Shown: in pieces, positions 1 to 12,735 of the stretch
Numbering within the stretch: position 1 is the stretch's first letter
How the letters are laid out: every line of letters starts with the position of its first letter
DNA from: Negaprion brevirostris
Taxonomy: Eukaryota
Length of the DNA: 64,000 nt
Reading direction: 5' to 3'
NCBI GenBank assembly: GCA_030324005.1
Contig: JARDVH010000121.1
Span: 65,237,835-65,301,834 of the forward strand
The notes under the pieces: model-generated
Told to the model about the DNA's origin: nothing
The model's database searches: none
Seen by the model: the letters and a program-made list of their open reading frames with translations, nothing else
Program-made: the position numbers and the translations under genes

Positions 1-2744
1 ATGGAGGGGAAAGTTGGGCGGGGGGTTGGGGACAGTGGCTGCAGTGAGGGGCGGAGTGGCCTTGTCCCTCCGGAGTTGTGGATTCTCCCTGAAAACTCGC
101 ATCATTTCAAACGGTTTCCACCTCTGATCTGTAACGTTTGCTGATGGCTTGAAGTTTGGGACTCGCTGAGAAAACAATTATTTTAAATGCTTCTACTTTT
201 AGAACTAGTTAACCAGTCAGTAGATTAAAACAGAACAGGTTGGGAGCGATCCTGGGACCCAGCTGGGATGCTGTGTTTCTCTTGCTCAGGCTGAGTGGGG
301 TGTCTGTACGTTGCAGCTTGATAAGTGCAGAGGATTCCCTCAATCCCCGAGAATGTCCACCTCAGCTCGGAGCCTGCAGGTTGTCCGCGTCCTCACAGCT
401 CCAAGCTTCCGGAAAAACACTCAACAAATATTCATCATCAGTGAGCGGCTGATCTCGGTGCTAACTCATTACCCACCAGGATAAACAGTGGGTTTTTTTA
501 ATTTAAAAGGAGAATATTTACATCGCTTCTTTCAGGACCGCTTCGAAACGCTTTACAAAATTAAGTAGTCACTGTTGGAATGCAGGGAACTCTCAAAGCC
601 AACTGCGCACAGCAAGATCCCATAAGGCAGAGTCAATGTTGTATCTACACAGCCCAGCCCTGCTTTAACATTCCTGGACCAAGAGTGGCTCAGGGGCACT
701 GGGTCACTGTGGACAGGGAATCCCATCGAGAGGAACTCGTTCAGGGGGACAGACACAATGTCTTGGACAATGTAGCATTGACAAGTTTATCATTTCTCCC
801 AACACAGCCCCCCCGCCCCCCCCCCCCCAAACACGCACACAGCCTACCCCGACACACACCCTGAAAACTGCCTCTGTGATGATGTTGTAGTGTGCTGCAC
901 TTGTACAAACTAGGGAACAATTTCAGTGTCTAAAAGTTCAGTTTGCCGATAAAATGCTCCAAAGCCGCAGACATCATCCCGATACGAAATGATGCAGCAA
1001 GCTCTGCTTCCCCCTCCGCCAGCTCAGAGGCCAGGCTGCAAAAACTTTCCTCCAACATCCCATCTTTCGCTCAAATGAAGCAGGTACCAGAGAATCCAGT
1101 TCTGATTCAAGTTTACCAGTTTAACATTCGAGGTTTTTTTTAAGGGGAGGGGGCTGGGGGTGGTTGGTTTGTGACAGGACATTAATTTAATGGCAACAGT
1201 AACTATGCAGCCTGCGAGAGAAAGTCGCACTTAGGCAACACAGTTAGAATTTATCAAACTGTTACTCTTTTTTTGAAGTAAATGGTACAAGGTGGCAGAG
1301 TATGTGGCGAGTTGTGATCTGGAATACACTGCTTGAAAGGCTGCTGCTGGAAGCCGATTCAATTTCAAGCAGCAATGTAGAGGAGGTGGGATAGAGCAGG
1401 GGAGTGGGAGTCTGCACAGGCACCAGGGCTGAATGGCCTCCTCCTGTGCGGCATCGAAGATCTGCAGTGGAATCAGCCCTACTTCCTACACGTCATTGGC
1501 TGCAGCCTGTTCTCAGCCAGAGTAGCGGTGACATTTTCAACCAGAAAGCTGCAGGCGCCCTTAGGAGCAATATTGGAGAGTGTTCTTCAGACTCTCCCCC
1601 ATACCGTGAAGACCACCGAGGCGGATTTCATGGTGTGTGTTTTTGAGCTGCTGCTAGGGGGAGAAATCACAGATGGGCTGTTCCTTGACAAGTATATTTT
1701 AAGTACATTGTCGATTTAAACTGCTCAAATTCCGCCGCTCATTCTGTTTCAAATCCACTTTAACAGAACACAGAAAAGCCTGTTGACAGGGATTCATTTC
1801 TGCTGACTAGTTCCCCCTCTCAAATCTATTTCCGTAATCTACTCCAGTGCCCGTACATCCCTAACTCTTTATTATGTTCGACTTCCTTACTGACAAGGGC
1901 AAATTAGCCTCTGGCAGGTCCCAGTGCGCCGAGTCCCAAGGCAGGATTTCTCCGAGGCTGAATACTAGCGAGAGCCCCCACAACACCAACCAGCCTCAGC
2001 TCCAGCCCATCCCTCCATGCACTCTCGGTGAGCTGTCACAGACCTGCGAATGGACTCTTGCCCTGCGTGCATGTGTGTGAGGGGTGAGGAGGTGACAGAC
2101 GTCCTTATTGGGACTTTAGGGTCAGGCAGAACGCTTGCACCGTCAGGTTACACAGGCAGTAAAGATGGCCATACAGAGTGAAAGGCAGAGCTAGACTATC
2201 TCAGTGGAATTCAGACCAGCAGCACAACAAGTTTTAGAATCATGCAATACAGGAAGAGGCCATTGGGCCCCATGCCGACTCTTTGAAAGAGTTAACCAAG
2301 TCGCTTTATCCCTCCCTTTCTCTAAGGCCCGAGTTAGTTGTCTTTATCCAATTTCATGTGAAAGTTGCCATTGGATCTTCTTTCCACTCCCTTCAGTAAG
2401 TGAATGCCACACCATGAGTAAATCCAATTTCCAATTTTAAAAATGACCCTGCACAGTCGGATATACAACTCCTGCAATGTTCTGGCTTCTCTCAGGTGTA
2501 GGGAAACCTCCACGTGATTTCCATTCATGGAGAAGTAGTGGAGACTATGGAGCAGAAATTGCTGAGGGTTGAAGGTTCTGATAGAGGGTGTAGGCTGAGA
2601 ATTCCAGTGGACAGGAACAAGTAGCAAAATGATAGATAAGGGAACATGGAGAAACCTGATGGGTTGGAGGAAACATAAGGAATGTAAATAGGTGCAATTA
2701 GAAACAGGGTGTTGAATTCTGACGTGAACTTGAAGTACAGGAAG

Positions 2745-3094
2745 CTTAGAACATAAAAAACAGGATAAGTAGATCATTCAGCCCTTTGATATTTAATACC
2801 TGATCCTCAAACTCAACTTTTTCCTGCCTGATCCCCATATCCAAGAATCTGTCAGCTTGAACATACTCAAACTCTTGAGTATTCACAGCTCTCTGGGAGG
2901 AATACCTTACTTTAGCCCAAAATGGATGTTTCCTTATCCTCAGACTATGTCCCCAATTCTGGACTTTCCAATCAGGGAAAATAACATCCCAGCATCTGTC
3001 AATCTTTCTAAGAATCTTATACATTTCAAGGAGATCAAGTTTCATTCCTCTAAACTTCAAAGAGTAGAGGCCCATTCTATTCAATCTCTCCACA
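2745..3094 (-). mobile_element. CR1/HER1 LINE 3' fragment
   Basis: LNRMGLYSLKFRGMKLDLLEMYKILRKIDR...GHSLRI, a CR1 ORF2 C-terminal motif. Confidence 0.8.
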
Positions 3095-3365
3095 GGGCAA
3101 CATGGTAGCACAGTAGTTAGCACTGTAGCACCGCTGCTTCACAGCGCCAGGGACCTGGGTTCGTCATTGTGGAATTTGCACATTCTCCCCCTGTCAGTGT
3201 GGGTTTCCTCCGGGTGCTCTGGTTTCCTTCCACATTCTGAAAGATGTGCTGATTAGATGCATTGATCTGAACAGATGCTGGATTGTGGTGACTAGAGGAA
3301 TTTCACAGTAACTTCATTGCAGTGTTAATGTAAGCCTTATTTGTGACAAATAAATAAACTTGACT
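3095..3365 (+). mobile_element. HE1-type V-SINE (tail type B)
   Basis: tRNA-like head GGTAGCACAGTAGTTAGCACTG, V-domain core GTGGGTTTCCTCCGGGTGCTCTGGTTTCC, and tail TTTCACAGTAACTTCATTGCAGTG...AATAAATAAAC. Confidence 0.85.
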
Positions 3366-4299
3366 TTAAAACCCTCTCATCTGAGGAATCAAACTGGTGA
3401 GCCTTTGAGTGAGGGGATGGATGAGAGAGTGGCTCCAAGTCACAGCCATTCTGGATGGATTTACTTTGTGGAGGGTTGAGGCAGAACTGTTTGGAGAAGT
3501 CAAAGTTAGAGATAATAAAAGAATGGGCTTTGACAGCAATGGGGCTGGGGGCAGATGGTAGTTTATAGATGCTTATGATTTCATTCCACTTTGCTTAGCT
3601 CATTAATCATGGTTTATAAGCCCAGATTGAACGTTAATTTTGTAAGAACCGAAGGATTCAGAAACAAAAGGACTCACTAAGGGGAGGCAATCCTTTGCAA
3701 TAATTGCTCATGCTATATCTCTGGAAACCATGTTCAGACTCTATTTCACTGACCTTCCTTATAAACTCTCCCATAACCCCTCCCTCAATGGAAAAAGAAA
3801 GTTCTACAAAAAATTCTGCCTTTCTTACTTACACACACCTCTGACATTCTGAATTCATGTCATTTTTGAATCTTTCACATCAGATGGACATAAGGTCCCT
3901 TGGTGCTATTTGAAGATCAATGAGTTTTCCTGGTGTTCCAGCCAACATTCCCCACAAATTAACAAATTATTGGTCATTTAGCTTGTTTCTTTTCCCATTT
4001 GTAGGATCATGAGCAAACTGGATGTTGCATTTACCTACTGACGTGTCTTTCAGTTAAAAGTAATTGTCTGCATGTTAAAAGTAATTGTGCTGAAAGTAAT
4101 TTTCTACTCATTATTGTAGGACAAAGCAATTAAAAAAACAGGATATTAATTAAAACAAAACTCATGATGTCTACCTTAGGTTACCATACAAATTCAGTTC
4201 TGCAATTTACTGTGAATTCTCACGATAAGCACAGTTAAAAATGATATTGTTAAGCACACCCTAATTATGTGATTATTTCTAATCCTTTGGCACTGATCA

Positions 4300-4700
4300 T
4301 CAGAACTAGAGGTCACAGTTTAAGAATAAAGGGTCTCCCATTTAAGATAGAGATGAGGCAAAAGTTTTTCTTTTATTAGTCATTTCATTCGTGAGACATG
4401 GGCATTGCTGGCTGGCCAGCATTTATTGCCCATCCATAAGTTGTCCTTGAACTGAGTGTCTTGCTTCTCTCAGAGAGTCACATGTCTGTGGAACCCTTCC
4501 CCGGAGAGTGGTAGAAGCAAGGGAACAATATTTTTAAGGCAGAGGTAGAGATTCTTGACTAACAAGGGAGTCAAAGGGTATCAGAAATAGGCAGGTTAGT
4601 GGCGTTGAGACCATAATTAGATCAGAAATGATACTACTGAATGGCAGAGGAAGTTCAAGAGGCCAAATGGCTTATTCCTGCTCATAATTTGTATGTTTGA
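4300..4700 (+). mobile_element. CR1 LINE 3' end with a nested SINE tail
   Basis: AGAACTAGAGGTCACAGTTTAAGAATAAAGGG...GGCCAAATGGCTTATTCCTGCTC. Confidence 0.75.
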
Positions 4701-5965
4701 ATGCTGCAGTAGGTTGTAAAAGCCCAATAATCTCAGAGAAAGGGAGCTTTGCTACATATAAGTCCAATTCCCAAACTATATTGGCGGAGTCTTAATGCTG
4801 TGCAATACTACACTGCCAGTGTTACTCACAACCCAAGAACAAATGAAACAAAATCACTACCTACTGCAGAGAACACACTGCTGGCCTGTTAAGATAATGC
4901 TTTAGACTTTAATAAGTTATCAGTAACTGCTGTTGCAGCTGACAATTTGTTTAGCTTCCAAAGCTGAGGTAGGGTGGATGGGACATATTAATCAAAAGGA
5001 GCAGATATGGTAGCTAAGAGGTAATTTCCTAAACATTCTTGTGTTATTAAGGGAAGGGATAAAAAACTGTTTAGCTAATGTATGGAATCTAGTTTCACTC
5101 AACAATATATGGGTTAGCAGAATTGATCACACTTTAGCCAAAGGCATATTAAAACTAGTTGCAAATCACACAACACTGAACGTTGAATGACAGCGTGGTA
5201 GCTTCAGTAGTACAGCACCAACCTCCAGGTCAGCCTTTGAGTTGAAACTAACCCAATCAACTGCTCTGAAGGGAGAAGTTCTGAATTAGATTCAGAGGTA
5301 AGAGCAAAATGCAGGATGCACAAATAGTACTAGAGAAAAGAAAAATTGGCAGCAGTCCCATTGATCATGGATTCTAGTCATACAGCTGCAGAGAACATTA
5401 GAACAGGGAGTATAAAATGGGAAAGAATGCAAGATCCTAGGAATTAAACCAAAAATGATACCCTGTTAATGTGTCATTCTGTTGTAATTTATACATTAAA
5501 ACAAATTAGAACTTATTAGAAAGTGGTACCAATGGAAACTCTCGAATTAATTTTTATAGACAGATAATACAACTGAAGTGAACAATAGGCAGGACTAAAT
5601 CTCCCAGATGTTAAGAACAGGTGGCGAACTGTTACCTGCAGACACTGAATCCACATTCACCATGACCAATGAAAAAAAAGAGCAGGGACTGAATTTGACA
5701 TCCAGCACTGCAAAGGTAAAGTATGCAGGAGTCGCCCCACACTGAATGCTGAAAAGAGGAAATATGCAGATTCCAGACTGCAACAAACCCCATCACGATG
5801 CTGGCTGCTGAATCACACTCTCCCATTAAAAGCGCTGAAGTTTACACACTGTCAAGGGTCCAGGATTCAAACCCACTGAATGCTGTCATGGTGTCTTGTG
5901 CTGAACCTCCACTGCTGAAAACTTCAAACTCACAAGAATCCCAAATGCAATGTTCTGGAAATAAC

Positions 5966-5971
5966 TTTATT
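5966..5971 (-). terminator. Candidate poly(A) signal AATAAA for the short DIDO isoform
   Basis: Minus-strand AATAAA with upstream TGTA motifs and T-rich tracts (about 6000-6040), and GT-rich sequence downstream. The 5950-7600 stretch has no recognisable repeats and looks like a 3' UTR. Confidence 0.55.
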
Positions 5972-7607
5972 AATAATAGTAATGATGAAAATAAAGTTAC
6001 AATACTGAAAACAAAAAAAAAATTGTACACAAAATATACAAGAGTGAGGATATCAGAAACTACCCAATGTCGAAATCAGCTCCGGGAAAGAAGACGCTAA
6101 ATAAAAGTAAAACCCTAAACGTACACAGAGAGGCTGAACAAATATTCTCTGATACAGAGAGAGTTAAAACTATTACCTGAAAGCTTTATACCTCCAAATT
6201 TTATACTTCTGCCTATGTTTAAAGGTCACACTTGTGAGACAAAGTTATATGTATGCATGGAATATGAACTAAAAATCTTCAAGCATTTTAATTGTTTAAA
6301 ACCATAGGCAAAGGACAAATTTGTAACCAAGCAGTTGAGCTGTTTTAAGGGGACATCATACCTGTTAAATTCTCCAAAACTCTAATGCTTCAATGCATTG
6401 TGCTATTAATATTAATGAGATTGTCATATCTGAGTCCAACCCTATGGATGCTGCAATGAGTTAGAGGAAAGTAATTTATCATTTAAACGAAAATCCAATA
6501 GAAAACAGTCTTGGGTGTAGAAAATTCTGAAACAAGTGTATAACACAGTGACAGGTTGTAAGCCTTGTCCTGGAAAAGCTATAATACGATGGAATGCCAG
6601 AAAAAGACTACTTTTCTGTGTAAATATATATAGATAATAAATGTATAAACTGAAACACAAGGCAAATTCATGTTAAATTAAACCTCTATCAGGAATGTCG
6701 CTACCACACGTGACAGACATTTCAAATTGAATGGACTCACCTTTATGTCACAAAGCTGCCCCAGTTGCTTCAGTATCAGCCAAAAATCAAAAGCTTGAAG
6801 CTAAGACTGCTCAATCTATTTCTTAAGTTCTAGGAATTTCAAATGACACTTGTCCCCCTTTAATGTGCAAAGGCATCTGGAGGCTGGTTGCCCCTCTCAG
6901 TACTGGACTGGCAACATCAAATACTCAGGCAGTTCCTATAGTAAACTGCTTTTGGAAGTATCATTCAGTACTGCAAGCCTCAATTTTCTATAATCACGTT
7001 ACAGTTTGTAACGATCATTTGTTTAGTTTTCAGAACTCATTTAATTAGTGGTGTAGCAAATCACGATACCAGAGGGTGATTATACAACAATGTCAATTGT
7101 GATCATGTCATTGTGCAAATATACGACTTATAGATTCCACACATTACTGGGAAGATGCTACTTACATACTTAATGGGTTTAACTATTAGTGTGTAAGCTG
7201 CTACAAAACACTGGGAGATGCATCTGTATCCTCTGGACAATGCTTCAGACATCTAATCTGTACTGTTGGGTGAGGTGAGAGGAATATAGGGGGAAAAGGC
7301 GAAGAGTTGAAACCACATCACTTCGGCATGTGGCCCCTCCCGCCTACCCCCTCCAAATGTGGTCAACATTACACCCACTTGTAGTCAGTTTTAACGGCAT
7401 TCAGCCTGGCTTCCCACAAATGATGGTAGGAGAAGGGTATCAAATATAGTGGGTTCACATGCACAACAGAAAGGGATTGAGAGTTCTCACAAATGTTGCA
7501 GAAAAAAAACCTCGAACAGGGGAGAAAATACCTTGAAAGAGGTCTTTCTGCCCCAGTAAAGAGTTGCCACCATACAGGGACACCTAGGTATATCATATAG
7601 CTGTGTG

Positions 7608-7714
7608 TTAGTACAGTGTGTATGCATTATAGCAGTGTTGCCAGGTTATCAATGAATGTTTTAGTTGTTTAACTTGCATTTTGCTACTCATGTTTCTAAA
7701 TAATCTGCTCTTAC
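7608..7714 (-). CDS. DIDO1: In-frame read-through tail giving a DIDO2-type C-terminus (GKSRLFRNMSSKMQVKQLKHSLITWQHCYNAYTLY*)
   Basis: The frame stays open past the donor to a stop at 7608 (ORF track). As I recall, mammalian DIDO2 arises by read-through of this same donor. Confidence 0.55.
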
Positions 7715-7910
7715 CTGGGCCCTCAAAAGGTAATAATTTGGAGGGAATCGGGTCATTAGCAGCAAGTGGAATTAGATAGAGGTCCTTGATGTGTCTGGCG
7801 TTATTTGCCACCACGCCGAAGCGCCCCCGACTGTTGAAATAGGAGTAGAGCGAGATGTAGGTGACTTCCTCTTCCTCCGTGGCTGGGTGAAAACGAATGA
7901 GACAGACTTC
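7715..7910 (-). CDS. DIDO1: DIDO1 exon: SPOC domain, C-terminal part
   Basis: attgcag|GAA...CCA G|gtaaga, 196 nt. Encodes EVCLIRFHPATEEEEVTYISLYSYFNSRGRFGVVANNARHIKDLYLIPLAANDPIPSKLLPFEGP(G). Confidence 0.95.
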
Positions 7911-10307
7911 CTGCAATTACCATGGTAAGAAACAAAAACAAAAAACACTTAAAACAAAAGCTAGACCACAGTTACAGCTCTAACAGTAGCTACATCACCA
8001 CTTGGACTGCCCTTTCCCACCAAATCTCAACATTTATATACAGGAGATCAGGAGGTCATTCAGCCCTGTGAACCTGTTCCATCATTCAACAGGAGCTTGG
8101 CTGATCTGCACCTCAGCTCAAGTCCATCTCCAAAATATGACTGCCTGCCAACTCTACTGGGTCACATATGAGCACAAAGTTGGGAATGTGCCTTGCCAAA
8201 ATAAGTTTTAATTATCAGGCTGCACTGCTGAAGTGAGCATGCCCCCACAAGTCAAATCCTTTCAATTATACACACGTTTGTCCGAGCTGTCTTTTAGCAG
8301 TGTTTGTCCAGATAAGATGCGTGTTGGGGAGCTTTCATGGTCGAGATTTGAAGACCTGATCTAAATTTTGAGCATGGAATTCGTTTCTGCAGTTATTCCG
8401 AGCTTATCCCCAATACTTTTTCTCCAGTAGTTTTGTTAATCAGTTGCTTATTTCATCAGTAGCAAGCAGTATTCAGCAAGTTAATTCCTATGGCCACTCC
8501 CAGAGTTGGGTGAGAAAGGAAAAAATGGATGCATGCAACTTGCAGTCAGGGGGTTTTGTGCTCCAGTGATCTGATTGACTGAAGTGATTAATCTGGTCTT
8601 GCACAAATGGTTCTGTCCCATTTTTCACACTGCAGTGACCCAATCAGCACCATGACCCGCATTAACATCTGCACTACTTCAACTGCCAGTATTTATTTTT
8701 TATCTCCATATAGGCTTTGGACTCACAAGTATTAGAAAGCAACCCAAAGCCTTCCAAAAGGCATAATCAAGATCGATTCCTACATGCGACCACTTACCTT
8801 TGAATGGGTGCATCCCTTTAAATGTAAGCTGCAGCCCTTTAATGGTTGCAGGCTCATGAATTTCAGAGAGCCTCTATGCAACTGTATTCTGTGCACCAGC
8901 CCTAAGCGGCAGAGGTCACATATTTAAGTGATATTCATGAGGTGGCTTTCATAGTTTTTGGTGTGATCAGCTCCATTTGGGCCTCAACACAGCAGCTCAA
9001 GAAGCTCGATGGCCAGAGTCACTGAATCAGTTCCACATGATTTCATCCAGCTTGCAAAGGTTTGAAGTTCATTAAATTAGTTAAGCTACAGATGGAAGAG
9101 TTGATATAGTTTCCAGTGCACACTCATAGCAAGCTACTCCTGTGAAGCACCTCAGAACATTTTATTATATTAAAGGTGCTATATAAATGCAAATGCATGT
9201 CGATAAAAATCAGCTAACACCAACAGCCAAGACTGGTTTCATATATAACAACTTTTCAGATCCCTATTTTGATAATCTCATGAAATCACGCAGTAGCTTT
9301 GTCAAATAACCAGTACACACTTACTAATCATTACTTGGGAATGCCAGTTTGGCACTTAAGTATATATCTTCTACATTTTTTGACATTGGTCCCACAAATG
9401 AACCTACTATTTTGGTTCACAATGGTATTCTCGTGCATTCAAATACCGCAGATATGCTGTGTATTTGAAGTCACTATGCTTAGAGAATCAGTAACAGTTA
9501 ATTGCTGATGGGAGAAGATTTGCTACAGATGTATACAAACAAACACGCACACAGGAAATTGCAGAGGGACCAGAGACTATAGTTCTGGTTATTTTTTCTT
9601 AAATGCGTTTAGAATTCTGGACATTCATTTGGAATATATTATTACAAAAACATTCTTTATATTCTCCAAAGTTAATAAAAAGTTCCTTCATCATGAAAAC
9701 TGTTGACAAATATCTGCACAGAGGGTTGCAAAATGCACCTTGGCTACAAAGCAGAGATTAGATATTTACAAGAGAAATTCTGCTGTAAAGTGGGATTTAA
9801 AATCTGACCAGTGGTTGCAATATGCTGTTACACGCAGCTATTCTGTTAGGTCAAATGTAGTTGCAATACATTCACAGTAACTGGGTCAGTTTAAATAAAC
9901 TATTTTGCAAGTCTGCTGTTGGCAATTTCTAATTACAAAGGTACCAGTACTGTCACAATCTTAAATCTGTGCACCAGTTTCTCTAGTCAGGAGCAGTGGA
10001 ATTGATGATATGCACAGAATGCTTTTGGCTCACTCTGTTTGACAGAAGAGAATAATCCAGAAATTGTTGAATGGGTGTTTTTAAACATCAACTGGAAAGT
10101 CTGAATAACATACTTGCAACAGAAAGATGAAATGATTATATTTAAGACTAAGCTTTTCAGAATGACAGATGATATCAAAGAATAAATTGAACTATAAAGA
10201 CATGCAAATTCCCAGTCATAGAGTGAAAACAAAATGATATGATGAATTTTGCATAATTTTTAAAAATGAATTATAACTATGAGGCTGATTAAATCACAGT
10301 ACAATAC

Positions 10308-10397
10308 CTTGGACAGAGATGACTTCAGTTTTCCTACATAATCCCAGACTGTGTGGGGTGAAATCCTGCCACCAATATGAATTGTATCTGGCAAATC
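10308..10397 (-). CDS. DIDO1: DIDO1 exon: SPOC domain
   Basis: ttcttag|GAT...AAG|gtattg, 90 nt. Encodes DLPDTIHIGGRISPHTVWDYVGKLKSSLSK. Confidence 0.94.
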
Positions 10398-11971
10398 CTA
10401 AGAATACACACAAATAGTAACATTTTTTAAAAAAATGCAAAGGGAAATAATAAACTCAATACTACGATCAGAGTAGTTTATAGCATTCAAAAATAAAATT
10501 TAAATTTACTAAAAATGCTAAGACAAGTTGAGGTTGGCATAAAAATNNNNNNNNNNGAAGGCAAAATAACCCCTACATTACAACTAAGCAGAAAATGACC
10601 ACCTCAGACCTTTGCTGTACCTGTGAAGCTATTTCTCTGCTCCCCTCACCTGATACCAACACTACATCCAAAACCATTGGAATTATGGAAACTAGCTAAT
10701 ATTTATTGGCTTTACGAAATCCACCCTTTGGTGAAAAATATACTGAGAAAATTATCTCTCAAAATCGATGACGATAACTAATGCAAACGTGATTTTTGTT
10801 TCTTGGGGACAACAAAACGTACAAAAGGTGTTATTTTAACATCAGAGTTGAGAAGAGTCAGCTGAGACAATATGAAAAGTGAAGTGTTTCAGGATGATGG
10901 TTAATAACGTTATCATTACTTTTTAAATTATCATTGGTCCAGTACTTCCCTCTTACTTGGGGCCATTTTGCATTCATTTGGTTTTAAACTATAATAAAAT
11001 AAACATATTTAAAGTCTTAATTTCTAAAACCTCTGACAGGGGGGTTCCAAAATCAAGATTCATTACTGGAAAAGTTTTAAAAAAATAACTTAATTAAGGT
11101 TAATAAAAAAAATCACTACACTTCAAAGGACCTGGGAAAATATCAAAATTTTAAAGTTCCATAGTTGAACACAGCAGACTATTTGCTATGACATCTTGCC
11201 AGCAAACAACGGAAAATAATATTTTAGAAACACTGGGTGGTGTTGAGTGGCACTTTTACCACTTCAATCATTTCCTGGACTCTGCATTGTAAACTATCCT
11301 AAACATAAACACTTGTGATGTATTTGAATTGAAATTCAGTTTCCATATTTAATTAAAGAGCAAACACTGTTCATATCTGTTCCTGTGCATTGTGAAAAAT
11401 ACCCTTAAAGCTTCTTCTGGCTCCACAGCTACAAGTAGAAGAGTTCACTTGTGATTCATGTGTGTGTGTGCCCCACTGTTGGCTTTACAATGTTAAACAT
11501 GACCTGATTCACTTCCTAGCTCCTGACTCCCCAATTCTTAGCGTAAAATATACTTGCTAGGAATAATTAAGTAGACTTAAAACCAGCAGCATGCACAAAT
11601 TGCAGTACATCTAGCTGTTACAAAACTGTATCAGGAGATCCCTCAAGGCCAGCATGCTCTTATAACGTGCAGGCACAATTTCCAATAGGAATGGCTAGAT
11701 GCCGTCTGGAGTGTTTTTTTTCATCAATGCTAATTAGTCAGCCCATGGAGTGTTCAGTACAGGTTCAGAATAGGACAGAACCTGGTAGTGATATCCTTCA
11801 TGGTCCTATGTCTAGATCATCATCAAATCAAATTATCTAGGCCTAAGACAGAAAGGTTGGTCAGTTCGGTAAAGTGCTGCTTATGAAATTTCATAGCAAT
11901 AAGTTAACGCCATCTGAAAAAGGGAGAAAATTTGCCAGGGAAGGCGGGAGGGGGAAGAAAATTATTCTTAC

Positions 11972-12125
11972 CTCTATGAGATAATCAATAGATCCAGAAA
12001 CTGGATAGGCTTTAGTGACAAACTTTGCTACACCATGCATATTGATAAACCCTTTCCAAATTGCATCTAAGTGAGACAGGAACAATGAAGTATCTAATTC
12101 CGCTGGAGTCTTTGCCTCTGAAATC
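11972..12125 (-). CDS. DIDO1: DIDO1 exon: SPOC domain, N-terminal part
   Basis: tttgcag|G ATT...GAG|gtaaga, 154 nt. Encodes ISEAKTPAELDTSLFLSHLDAIWKGFINMHGVAKFVTKAYPVSGSIDYLIE. Confidence 0.93.
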
Positions 12126-12524
12126 CTGCAAACAGAAAGTGTCAGTCAGACAAACCTGATGGAACAGGAACACCAGCTCATTAGCTGCTTGTTTGGTGTA
12201 ACATTTACCCAGATTCTATTTCCCCCAATAATTTTAGAATCCACATTAACTTAGATAGCTGTAACACCCAGGTTGGATGTTCAAAATTAACAATACTTAT
12301 TTGAGGTCCACTTGAGCCCTCTTAATGGGATTTTATTTGTCTTTAAGAATACAGAGTCAATAGAGAAATGATGTGTCAGTGAAATACTAATCTACTGTTT
12401 CTCCTTTCAGATGCTGATTAGGACACAGGAACTGCTGGACAAGAAAAGCCTAGGTCCATCTAGTTCCCCATCTATCATCCCAATGGTCATGTGACATGAC
12501 AATAATGGAGTTGTTGATTAAACA

Positions 12525-12735
12525 CTAGGGAGGTCTTGCTGCAGCTGTACAGGGCACTGGTGAGGCCGCAGCTGGAGTACNNNNNNNNNNNNNNNNNNNN
12601 NNNNNNNNNNNNNNNNNNNNNNNNNNNNNNNNNNNNNNNNNNNNNNNNNNNNNNNNNNNNNNNNNNNNNNNNNNNNNNNNGCAGGCTCGAAGGGCCAGAT
12701 GGCCTACTCCTGCTCCTATTTCTTATGTTCTTATG
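12525..12735 (+). mobile_element. Young CR1/HER1 LINE 3' fragment (spans a gap)
   Basis: LQLYRALVRPQLEY. Tail GGCCTACTCCTGCTCCTATTTCTTATGTTCTTATG. Confidence 0.85.

Noticed and set aside
1-60. G-rich stretch with GGGCGG boxes and G-quadruplex potential
   Set aside because: Truncated at the window edge, with too little evidence to call a promoter.
3095-3165. tRNA-like A/B boxes at SINE heads
   Set aside because: These are SINE promoters. I found no complete tRNA cloverleaf in the window.
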